From Perkinsus chesapeaki ATCC PRA-425 (taxonomy: Eukaryota > Protista > Perkinsozoa), in assembly GCA_013115145.1 (NCBI GenBank), contig JAAPAO010000365.1:1-35802 (forward strand): DNA of 35,802 bases, in the 5' to 3' direction. The translations under genes and the position numbers were made by a program. The notes under the pieces were generated by a model that was given only the letters and a program-made list of their open reading frames with translations, was not told where the DNA came from and did not search any database. Positions 12,101 to 22,599 of the stretch are shown here, in pieces; positions within the stretch are counted from its first letter, which is position 1; each line of letters opens with the position of its first letter.

Positions 12101-13337
12101 AAAATAATATAAGTTAAGTATTACTGTGATACAGCCTGCCAGAACGTAATATGATATTTCGAGGTTTCAAAATTGAAATCATATTTTGGCAGGCTGTAGT
12201 TGAAGTGATCGACAACGACTCATCGTTGTAAGGAAAACTCGAACAACAACAAGTCTGGAGTTACCCGATGTAGCAAGAGGGAAGTGCTACTGGATTCGCA
12301 TTGCGTCAGAAATAATGCCACAAATGGAAGCAAAACTCAAAGACGGTAAGATACAAATTAGGTCGGCTCAATGTCATTTACCATTGACGGCTACAGACCT
12401 AGACTTACACATCACCAACTGTTGGAATGAATACAATACGATGAAGCTCTTCAAGGTTATCCACCAACAACCGATAATACAGGGTCTCATTACGATCGAA
12501 GATGGCTGAAGAAAAAAACGATGAAAATGATACCTCTCCAACGCGCTCAAGGACCGCCAGATCATCAACAACATGAATCACTCAGTAATAACCAACGGGG
12601 TTGTCAGAATGTTAATTTGAGGAGTAACATTTCATCCAAGTTTCATTCCGCCCGACCTCTGCTCGGGTTTTAGTCCAAATTCGGGTTTTCATCGTCACCC
12701 AAACTTCCACGTTTTCGGGCTTTCACGCTCACTTACTCAAAAGTCTATCCGGGTTTGTCTCTTCCGATGAAACCCAAATCTCTCTCCTATCAAACCAGAC
12801 TCCTGTCGTCTCTTACCTTGCAGATCCATGAATCGCGATAAATCTGTATCCCTCATCCTCAACCGCTCCATGTTACGCGTCATTTGCATTTCGATATTGC
12901 ATTGCCTCACAGGAATCAGACCTCTCAAATTCAACTCATCTCGCTCAATCTCAGTGAACTGAGTGCCCTTGTTCAACACCTGCGTTAAGAAAATGCAAGT
13001 GATAGCAAGATGACCAAGATCCACTTCAGGAATTTACGTAAACAACTGAACCAGAAGTCCTCCTCGTTTCTACTCGAGGATTTCGATGCGAAATTAATTC
13101 CGAATTTATTAGTTCAATAAACTTTTCCGGCGAAAATTGCCAACCGTTTCAAAAACTTTTCTTATACACCAAGAGGCAACAAACGTTGAGGAAATGCAAG
13201 TGATAGCAAGATAAGCAAGATTCTCTTCTTACCGGGTTACGAAGAATATTCGCTCCTCTCGCAGATACGAGCATAATATCTTTCGCATCGTTATACTGCT
13301 CACTGGCAGCCTTAACTCCAACGATACTCAGTGGCAT
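9124..13337 (-). CDS. Malic enzyme (NAD(P)-dependent malate dehydrogenase, decarboxylating), multi-exon
   Basis: Spliced motifs in order: [133 protein letters not shown]. Confidence 0.95.
9337..9387 (-). other. 51-nt malic enzyme intron carrying a tRNA 3'-half-like sequence (sense)
   Basis: gtgagc AATCGAAAGGTC CCGGG TTCAATC CCTGG TGACCTC A TTTT atag. Confidence 0.75.
11211..11260 (+). other. 50-nt malic enzyme intron carrying a tRNA 3'-half-like sequence (antisense to host)
   Basis: Plus strand CCTTTTCATGCAGACGAC CCAGG TTCGAT CCCGG CACCC; includes a possible TTC anticodon loop. Confidence 0.7.
12980..13232 (-). repeat. Malic enzyme intron 1 bracketed by 38-nt direct repeats (family A)
   Basis: Copies at 12983-13020 and 13184-13221, 34/38 identical. 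Confidence 0.85.
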
Positions 13338-13627
13338 GCTGCTCAAGAATTGACCTGAGTCCGCTAGTGCGAATCTCGCTCGCCCGAATGATCGATTTGC
13401 ATTCACGATGAATTCCCGTATGGTTTTCCCAAAAGCCGGAAAAGACCGCAAAAATTCGGAAATATTTCCGGAAAAAATATGCGTTTGTTCAACTAAATTT
13501 TTTTAATATCGGAATACCATGCGTAAGCTCAAAGAAACACATGGAGGGTTCACAGTGGGCATGCATTCGGCCCTTCTACTTCTCCTAGGGGTACAATTCT
13601 AGTCAAACTGTCCGGGTCACCTCAGCA

Positions 13628-15459
13628 CTAGTAAAATATTTTATCTGAGGCTGAACGAGCCCCTGTTGAAACGTTCGACAAGCCAAAGCGTCTTCCTGAT
13701 GAAATCCCGTGAAGTGCGGGGACACTCCCCATCAAACGAAGGGAGCGTACAAAGCTGGACGGCGGTTCAGAACTGCAGAAATAATCTTATTTCAAAATCG
13801 TCTCACCTCCCATTTGCATAATCAACATCACTTGACGACTGCAATTTATGAACAAATCTTCTACACCATTGCCAGTTTTCGCTGACACCTATCACAAACG
13901 CCATTGATAAAAGCGCTCGCCCGGCTGATCGATTTGTCCAGCCAGCGCCTCACCTCGACATAAAGGAACCTATTGCTCTTAGCAGCTCTAGTGCCTTCTT
14001 CGGTACTAACTTGCCACATTTCGGGGTTCATGTCGCATTTGTTGGCGACAAGCACGATAGAGGTCGCGGACTTGAGCCAGCTGACGGAAGATTCGCCGGG
14101 CTTCGATACCCTCGAACGCTCTCGCTCGATGAACGCCAGAAGATTCTCGAAGGACTGACAAGGGGAGCAAAATCATGGGAAACTTTTTGCCCAAAATTTC
14201 GCAGTTTTTGACGTAAAATTTTTCGCAAAAAATTTTCAGAGGTAAAAATACGAAGTTATTTGGAGGAAAATGTGAACCATTTTTATAACAATAATTTGCG
14301 TTTTTCACGAGGACAAGTTGATCTCAAAATGGAGGAATATTTCATCAAAGGGAAAAATAAAAAGTAAAATATGCAACAAAAGGCAGACGGAGCGATGCAA
14401 CAAATTCACACTTACTGTCCTATCGGTCACATCATAGACCAGAAGCACCACCGCAGAGACATTTGCATAGGTGTAGGCAAACCGAGAATAATACGTATCA
14501 AATATGCATAATTGAAGACGTGATTGCTGAACCTGAAAAATATCTTTCTAATCGGTTTACGCACTATAAAGATTTCTCACATCCAAAAGAACCTTCCCAC
14601 TGTTGATTGCTGTCGTTGGGCAATAATCGCTTCGGAAAGAATCTTCAACAATTCTGTTAAATAAGCCAGTCTTGCCAACGCCGCTCGGTCCAAGTATGCA
14701 GTACCTACCAAAACCACTAAGTTATTTTTCTGACACCTCTAGCTACTGGACAGAGAAATCCCATTTCTGCAATTGTATGCCACCGAAGCCGTCATTCGGC
14801 GCTTCCCCGCCGCCGCCACCGGCCTCAGTCGTGACTTCTTTCGTCGACTTGATGCACTGCTCGGTTTCTTGACGCTCCTTGGCGAGAGCCTCCGCTCGAT
14901 CGGAGAGGATACAGTTGATTATTGTATTCCACTTCTGCAGGGTCTCTATGCTTGCACAGGATGCTAGATCTTGCATGGGCATGAGGTCGACATCGAAGTT
15001 ACCTAGAAAAGATACTCAATGCTTACTATTGAACGGATGAATCATTTCCATGTCACTTCCTCATTACATTTATCAGAGGTTGTGGAAGATACTATATTTC
15101 GTATTTGCTACTACTGTACTATGTTAAATGGAAATATATTTTCGACAATATGTGCGTAAGTATCACAACCTACTTCTGGAATGTAAACTCACAAGCACAA
15201 CCTACTTCTATTTCCTGCAATCTCTGCTCGCATCGTCTCTCCCTGCGAGGTGATAGAGCTCATTTCTCCCTCCGTGCCTGACAACCCAAAAGATGCTCTT
15301 CGCACTATAAAGGATATTCTTCACCGTGCGCACTCACCTTGAAATGCCACACTTTGTGAGCTGACTACCTGATACAAAAGATATTTTCCGATGTAGCTTT
15401 AGACCTACCCTAGGCGGCGGTGAATATCTGCCTTCGAAGCTCCACATGTGCCTTTGCAT
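13628..15459 (-). CDS. Atypical Ras-superfamily (Rab-like) small GTPase with N-terminal extension and degenerate G3
   Basis: Spliced G1 GPSGVGKT, G2 YCPTT, LLVYDVTDRTSF, G4 VLVANKCD, G5 EVSAKTGNGV. G3 reads IFDTYYSR. No C-terminal Cys motif. The 5' exons are less certain. Confidence 0.85.
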
Positions 15460-15915
15460 CTTATCAGCGATGAAAATCAAACAAGTGGTTGAAAAACAAC
15501 AACAACAACTACTAGGCCAAAAAATAAGGAAAAATAATGGCACACAGACGACCACTTTCACAGTAGGAAAGTTACGGACAAAAAATCGGGGGGAAAATAA
15601 TAATCATTTTTCCCCCACAAACACTCGAAATTTCGGCCATAAATTCCCTGCCCAATGTGGTGTTGCGAAATAACAGAAAGAATCTCTTAATTTCAAAAAT
15701 ATCTGCCGAAACATCATCCCACCGTGGTGGCGTGAAGCCAACTAAACGCCTTTCTGGACAGGAGGTGCGGTGGTGATACTCAGAGTAATTTCCAGAGGAC
15801 CGAAAACTGCACAAAATATGGATTTTTTTTCACCGGAAAAAATTTTCCAGAAATTTTCCGTGGAATCCGCGCAACTCAACGGCAATCTGTGGGAAAATAT
15901 GTATCAATTTTCGAA

Positions 15916-18297
15916 TCACTTCCCTATTGGTTTCCTGACGTTCGAGGTTTGTATATAATTCAACCGATGTGCCCTGTGGGCCTGCTTCTTAGCGAACTTC
16001 TGCCATGAGTTCTGCGCTTGCCTAAAATATGACAATATCGATCTGCCGTTTCAAAAAATAGTGTCAATCCCATGACGACGGAATTTGCCGTTGGCTCTTC
16101 CACCATACGAAGCTCCGAAAGTTCCAAGAAACACGTAAAGGTCTCAGGCATGGAGTGCTGATAATATGTATTAAAATAAAAGCAACTTGAAGATGCGGGC
16201 CGATTCACTATTTCTCGTTTGATGCATTCTCCAGACAAATTGTTTATAAAGACTGACCAATCCAAAATAAAGAATCGCTAAAAAGCACGCTACAAGTTAA
16301 GATATGCTACTAAAACTAATGGAAGTAAGATACGCGTTGCGCACTCGAAAGATCTTGGATATCCTACTTAGATTCCTTATTCTTCAGCTCTTCTCGTTGC
16401 TGAGTCTTCAATTGATGGATTTTTCGCTTTTTAGCATCTGCCCAGAACCGACATCAAAAAATATCTTTGCGCACCCGGAAGAATTTCCGTAAGATTCTTC
16501 GGGACATCGCATAGCACAATAAACCTAGCAGCGTATCTTTCTCACCTATCGACGCCTCCGAGTCGACCTTCGGATCAATCTTGTATTTCTCCGGAATCCT
16601 GTAGCCACCCGGCGTAACATATCTGCCCGAAAAATGCCCCATGCCGGAATCGAACTCGCGCCATTGAAACTCACTCCTTTTCAGCTACCGCAGTTGCCTT
16701 TTTAGTTTCAACAGCCTTCGGTATCAGCCTACAAAGGAAAGAAAAATACCCTCGCCGGGCGTCGAACCCACGACCTTCCTCACCGAATCTGGTCGATACT
16801 AACCTCCTCCGGTGTCTGTCCTGGATCTTCCTCAAATAGAACCTTATACCCCTTCACTGTATGCTCCAATACTGTACACTGGTACCTACGCAGCCATTGC
16901 ATTTAGCGCGCGCCCAGTTGATCGATTTTCCCCCACCATAATCCATCCTGGGACCAAATTGCCTGCACTGTCGAGCCCACCGGAGCCTCTTGCGGCCTCG
17001 GCGGTTTCAATAGAGCCACATCTTGGACTTTGTATTCTCTGCGTTGGTCGAAACCAATGAAACGAACGGCGCATCTGTCGGGATAATCTCTCTCGTGAAC
17101 CACGGAAGGTTCTTACCGCTCTGTGCCGATCTCATCCACCCGTACGCCAGTGATCTCGGCATTGAACCTAAAGCAAGGCGATTCTGGGAGACTCTTCCGT
17201 ACTCGCTCGCCCAATACGAGAATAATAATTTTACTTCCTCGGAAATTACCCCGCGGACGACGGTCGAGCCAAATATGATATTCCTTGCCACTTTAGAAAA
17301 ATGTTGTATATCTAAATATTTAGATTCGATTCACCTGGGGGAATATTAATTTGTCCTGGGCTTTTATTAATTAGATCTTGAGAAGGCGTAGGCTAATAAT
17401 CTATTAAGCCTCTCATTTTCCTATTTTTCCATCAGAAAGCTCGCCTACCCTCCCCTTACCATTTATTCTCATAAAACACCTCGCACGTCCTCCCAACCAA
17501 ATGGCTTCGTGCAGACGTCTGAGCCGATCCCGATGCTGCCGTCGGTGGTGCCGCCGCGGCCTTCTTTTCCGCCTCGAGCGCGGCAGCTGCTGCCAGACGC
17601 TCCTTCTCGATTTCCGCGCCCATCGCGAGCACAGCTGAGGTGAACGATAAATCATAGAGAACAACAGCCCTCGAAATACTCATGAAATACAAAGGAAAAA
17701 TTACCGAAATTTTCGGGCATAAATTGATGTGAATTTATCAGATAAAAATAAGCTTCACAAAAAATGACGTATCTGATACAACAGATGAAGGATTATAAAA
17801 CACGCGATTAAGCTCATAGGGGGAATCCCAGTTGAGATTTCTGCATTGAAGGCATTTTTTCGCCGCAGTTTTGGGAGTAGGTGATCAAATTAGACAAAAA
17901 ATTCCAGGCAAAATATACTGTATTAGTTCCCTTAGAATAAATGAAGAATTGTGATTAATATATTATAATATTCACTCTAAGATCGTTCTATTCGATATAT
18001 TATAAATATATTTAATTCTATTGTGATTCCCTTCGGTAATATTTCTTGCTCACTTTCTTTCTGCTTTTCACTCTCCTCCAAGATGTGGACAGTATCCTTC
18101 AGCTGCTCATAAATCTAATAACCGAGAATAGAACTCACGACCTCTCGCTTCACAAACAACAGCATTAACCAACTCACCTCTTTGATCTCTTCATTTTCCG
18201 GATCCTGATCCAACAGCGCCTTCACCTGTGATAACTGCTCCTGATAATACGCCAGATCTCCCGACTCCCCGCCCGTGGCCGCCGCCGTAGAAGACAT
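15916..18297 (-). CDS. SMNDC1: Splicing factor SPF30/SMNDC1-like protein with two Tudor domains
   Basis: N-terminal coil YQEQLSQVKALLDQDPENEEIKE; Tudor 1 CEVFYENKWFNAEI..VRFIGF; Tudor 2 VQAIWSQDGLWYQCTV..YKVLF; C-terminal YRIPEKYKIDP..KKRKIHQLK..QNSWQKF, typical of SPF30. Confidence 0.88.
16623..16674 (-). other. 52-nt SPF30 intron carrying a tRNA 3'-end-like sequence (sense)
   Basis: gtgagtttcaatggc GCGAG TTCGATT CCGGC ATGGGGC A TTTTT cgggcag; the T-stem is degenerate. Confidence 0.65.
16729..16783 (-). other. 55-nt SPF30 intron carrying a tRNA 3'-half-like sequence (sense)
   Basis: gtgagg AAGGTC GTGGG TTCGACG CCCGG CGAGGGT A TTTTT ctttcctttgtag. Confidence 0.75.
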
Positions 18298-18657
18298 CGG
18301 TTTAGAATCTCAACTGCAAACTTGGACACCACTTCTTACTCTTTCCGGTCAGGGTAGCAGTCGACCGACTAGCACCAGGGCTGGCACCCAACCCACCAGC
18401 TAGCAGCGAGCTACTGCTAGCTGACCATCGATAAGTAGCCCTACACCAACCTTTCCGATATGCCACCGATTCATCCGTAAACTACATAGAAAGTTTACCC
18501 TGGTGTCACCCGCAACCTGGGGATCCAGAGGTGCTCCTCCGAGATCGTCAATACTCCAAATGGAATTCGGCTGCGGGCTGAATTTCACTCGACGGGAGAT
18601 ATTAAAACACTATAAAACTCAACAGCTTAGCTTCACACCAACCCACGGGCATGACAA

Positions 18658-18693
18658 ATCTTGCTCATCTTGCTCTTACTTGCATTTCCTCAA
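18658..18693 (+). repeat. Solo family A copy overlapping the stop codon of the Btk-motif gene
   Basis: ATCTTGCTCATCTTGCTCTTACTTGCATTTCCTCAA, 33/36 identical to the reverse complement of 13186-13221. Confidence 0.85.
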
Positions 18694-21600
18694 TATCCCA
18701 ACAGACACCACGCATCTGGATTAATCACTCTATACCTGTAATATCATTCTCACGCGCCACGAAATCACTATCAGTCTGTGTACTCGCAACCTCGACTGTC
18801 CTTATCGAAATTCATGCAACAGGACCAGCCCTCCTTATTTTCAAATTCGATCAGGTCGAATTTACCGGGATGGTAGTGCTCTCGATACCTAATCAGCGAG
18901 AACCACTCGCACGCACCAATTGCACACTTTTAAAGTGCGCAACACTAAAATGAAATAAGTGCACGGCCGACCTGGTTACCTCCGATCTTGTGTGGTAAGG
19001 GACAGATTGGGTCGGAAGCTTTCATGTGCTATTGGATAGCGGCGATTCTGAAACAGATATCATACCCAGTCACGAAATTGGGTTCCTTGGACGCCTCCTG
19101 GCGCCGAGGGGCGCAAATTTTCCTGATGATATGCCATATCATTAGGAAAAGTTGCCAAAATACTTGCATGTTTTTACATTACCTGGTATTGTTATAATGA
19201 TTACTATTATGTGATTCTATTATGGTAATAGATATGGTAATCATTACCACATCTGATATGGTAATCATTACCATATCGGATATGGTAATGTGAAAACATG
19301 CAAGTATTTTTCAAATTTGCAACAAGTCTTTCTTAAAAAGAAATATCTTTCCTTGTCGGAATGGTCCACTAGGACAGACCACATCACCAGACTATCATAA
19401 TCCAACATCTCTATCACCAGTCTAGTAGTATCACACCGCGAGTAGATCAAATGCTTTACACTTGTACTACAAAGACACGAAAATTCTCAGGAAGAGGCAT
19501 ACAACGTTCCCATGTTAGCTAACATGGTCTTGCACGGCAAGTACACCATGCGGGGTGTAACAGATGCGATTTGGTTAACGCCAAGGCGGGTAAGTCGGTC
19601 TGGGCTCGACATGGCAAACTGGAGTTGTGATGAGTAGACTATGCTCTACCAGCATTGGCGGTATATTGGATCCACGAAGCGAAAGAGGCAATGCTTCTGA
19701 GGCATACTACAGCCGAGTAGAAGCGTATGACAGAATAGGCCCTATTCAATTGGGAGATATCACTTTCTCTACAGTTACTGGAGACGGTGAATAATCGTCT
19801 CCAGTGATGAACTTCATCTTGGACATGAACATGAGCTTAACCTATCATTAAAGAGGACTGAAGATTTAGTGAGCCACTGACAGCAGGGAGTCCAGCAGAC
19901 TCAGTCCTCCTCTAGCAGCGCAGGCTAAGCAATCGTAAGGACAGAAGAATCGTGTCTTGAAGACAATATTCAGAAAGCATCCAGCCCTCGAAGCGAACAA
20001 GAGGACCCGGTACTGACACAGCTAATGGCAATTCGTCCAATGCTAGAACCCCTGTTGCGTCATATAGCGACTACAAGCCATACCAGCCGTACAACTAGCA
20101 TATATATTATATAGAAGCCAGTGGCTTCTAGAAGTGGTCAACTTCCCCGTAATACTGTATGTGGCTTCAAGCCACATACAGTATTACGGGGGCTCCTATC
20201 CGTCTACTGTGCCGGTGAACGGGACAAAGTTATACAGCTGCACTATATTACTCACACAATTATTGCACCATAGTCGTACCACCGTATTACTGGCTTTCTT
20301 TACCTGTGATGCTTTCGCCCATTACTCACTCTGTTTACTGCCCTATCTCGTCAACTATGAGCGCGTTGTGTTACGACTACGCTATCCTTAACGAGATAGT
20401 GCACAGCTTGTCGCGTTTGGTGATCATCCAAGAGAGAGCTGTGTTGATGCCCGGGGCAAGCTCCGCAGGGACACTGCGCTGATTCGGGACATCGTGCCCC
20501 AAATGAGCGCAGTGGAGTCCCAGTGGAGATAGTGCAGTTATCACAAAGCTTATTTATCTGTAGCGTAATTGTGTCCATATTAACAAGTTAGACTTATCCC
20601 TTAATCTCCATGTTGAGTTAATGACCTTTGCTACACCAGCGGGCAATGACAAGCTGATAGTCGTATGACCAGCTGGATGGATATGCGTAGGAGTTCCTCA
20701 AAACACCATCAGTAACAGCGGAAGGGCTTCGACGGAGAGATTCTTCCCGAGAGAGTCTCCCAAAGACGTTACAGAGGCAACGGCTTGTCCGATTCTGCGA
20801 TACTAATGGCGCCAAGAAGGAAATAACTGAGTCACTTGAGCTGACTCTGCCACTGAGCTTCACGATAGCTCGAATATGGAACCATTAACCTGCTTCGGGG
20901 CAGCCACAAACGGTAGGACCCCAGAGAAAAAAAATTTGATCTTCTAGAGTCCAGCAGATCAAATGCTCTTTCAACTAAGGGGATAAAAAGCTTTAGATGC
21001 TTTAAAAGGGGGATACTGTCTGAATCCATAGAGTTTTAGGCTACCTGAGTGAGTAAGCTTTACGGAGAATATGAGGACTTTCCTCATTCTTTTGGAGAGC
21101 GATCATATCGACAAACGATTAGCGAAGCTCTCGAGTAGAAGCAGTTGACACACAGAAGCAACGACATATAGCCAGACCATCTGGCCAAGACGTTGAAGTC
21201 GGACGCTTGACTCCGAGTACGAATGAGTTGTTGGCGATCGACTTCGCGAGAGAAGGTTCGGTAACCATCATCTGGGTTGATTACATCGATTTCTTAATTG
21301 GAGTATCCCCTCGCTGGATCAAAATTCCGTCATAGAACTCTCCCCAGATAGTGGATCTCTTGAGGTCATATTCTCCCGACCATTCTTCACCTTTTCGGGT
21401 AGATACTAACTAAGTATGGGAAAATTATGTCCTACAGTACGCTTAATACTGAGTGCATGTACTGGTGGGTGCTCGGTAGAATCGCTCATTCCCGTGCTCA
21501 TCCGGCTTATATTTTTATCCTGACTTTTCTGGCTCAACTAGTGGGTCCTTCGTGAGCCCTGTCTTGTAGGTGACGACTACGAAAGCATTGAACGCCATAT

Positions 21601-22520
21601 GATGCGGAATGAGTGAATTAGAGATTATCCTCAACTCTACTGCTGCAGCACTAGATATCTCGCGGAATCGTGACAGGCTCGATACCGGAGCTCCCAATTT
21701 GATCGTCGTATCCAGAAGTATATCTTATACTGGTTACGTGAGCGAGAGCGTCAACTCACCTTCTCATCCGATAACAACTTCTCATCCAGCAATCGCCGGG
21801 CCATGGCCTCAAGCCTCCCCATCGACGCATACGGAAACTAGTCAGTAATTTCGTGGCGCGCGAACCCCACTTCATCTACCTCCACGCGGAGCTCTTTGAT
21901 GAATTCATCCCGTATATCCGCGTACTGTCTCTTCTTTTCACGCACTAGCTCCTGGAATTCGGCCACATGCTCTTCTGGCCTGTAAAAGACCCGTTGAGAA
22001 AATGCAAGGCGGGTCAAGATTGCAAGTTCCCCCGAACCCATACTATCATAGACAGAATCTGCGACCTAATCCACGTGAAATTCAACAACAGCCTGTCGCT
22101 TCACTCAGCGTTGAGGAAATACAAGTGGGACCAAGATATCCAAGATTCTCCCTGTTCTTACTTCCTATACGTCTTGTGGTTCACACGTGCGTTGACGTCT
22201 CCATTCATTTTTATTCTTCTTTTCTCATCTTTTACAAACGCCTCCACTCTAGCTTTAATGTCATCTGCTTGGCACGTGCTCGATGAGATATTCCACGACC
22301 CGACAAAGTCATTATCAGAATTAGCACTGTGGCCGCTCGCACCTAATAGGCCCAAAATATGTTCATACCGACTTTTCCTCCAGCGGCTGCAGTCTAGGAA
22401 CCCCCCCTCATACATGACACTTCATACGCTTTCATTTCCAACTTCCCTCACCAAACTGTCAGCTGGAGCTTTTGCACCAAAGCGTCCCAGTGGGAAGTTC
22501 AGGATTTTTAAATTTCTTCG
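18690..22520 (-). CDS. Uncharacterised protein with a C-terminal Cys/His motif resembling a Btk-type zinc finger; 5' end unresolved
   Basis: Exons join in frame: ..FVGSWNISS..RVNHKTYRK|PEEH..LRVE|FPYASMGRLEAMARRLLDEKLLSDEK|NRRYPIAHESFRPNLSLTTQDR|RYREHYHPGKFDLIEFENKEGWSCCMNFDKDSRGCE|YRVINPDAWCLLGY*. Includes a 2712-nt intron at 19048-21759. Confidence 0.75.
19157..19310. mobile_element. MITE-like foldback element in an intron
   Basis: 27-nt terminal inverted repeats (19157-19183 and 19284-19310, 26/27 match). Inside are tandem palindromic units GATATGGTAATCATTACCA(C/T)ATC. No clear target-site duplication seen. Confidence 0.55.
20300..21360 (-). mobile_element. Degenerate non-LTR retrotransposon ORF2 remnant (post-RT region), intronic
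   Basis: Stop-interrupted fragments in LINE order: HYLGRVL (cf. KYLG after RT), ASKAFYPL..GL..IKFFFSGVLP (thumb-like), SFGARCPESAQCPCG..H (cf. C-terminal zinc knuckle). No YADD motif found. Confidence 0.35.
21980..22161 (-). repeat. Intron bracketed by two family A copies
   Basis: The copy at 22109-22146 is 32/38 identical to 13184-13221; a shorter, more diverged copy lies at 21992-22020. Confidence 0.8.
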
Positions 22521-22599
22521 CATGAATAAGACCCTCGTATTATTCCCAAGGACAGTGAGGCCGATCAATCATAACCAGTCCTGCCGACCCCCCCCTATA

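Noticed and set aside
18397-18423. 10-bp hairpin upstream of the SPF30 ATG as a regulatory element
   Set aside because: A single short stem with no second copy; there is not enough evidence for function.
18771-18773. TGA as the stop of the Btk-motif gene
   Set aside because: A GT-AG intron (about 18737-18784) skips it and yields a better continuation, YRVINPDAWC.
20840-20862. A-box-like AGCTCAGTGGCAGAG (minus strand) as a missing tRNA 5' half
   Set aside because: No paired B-box or cloverleaf; it lies in TE-like debris and may be chance. The TAGCTCAACTTGAGC hairpin near 11612-11628 is similarly too weak.
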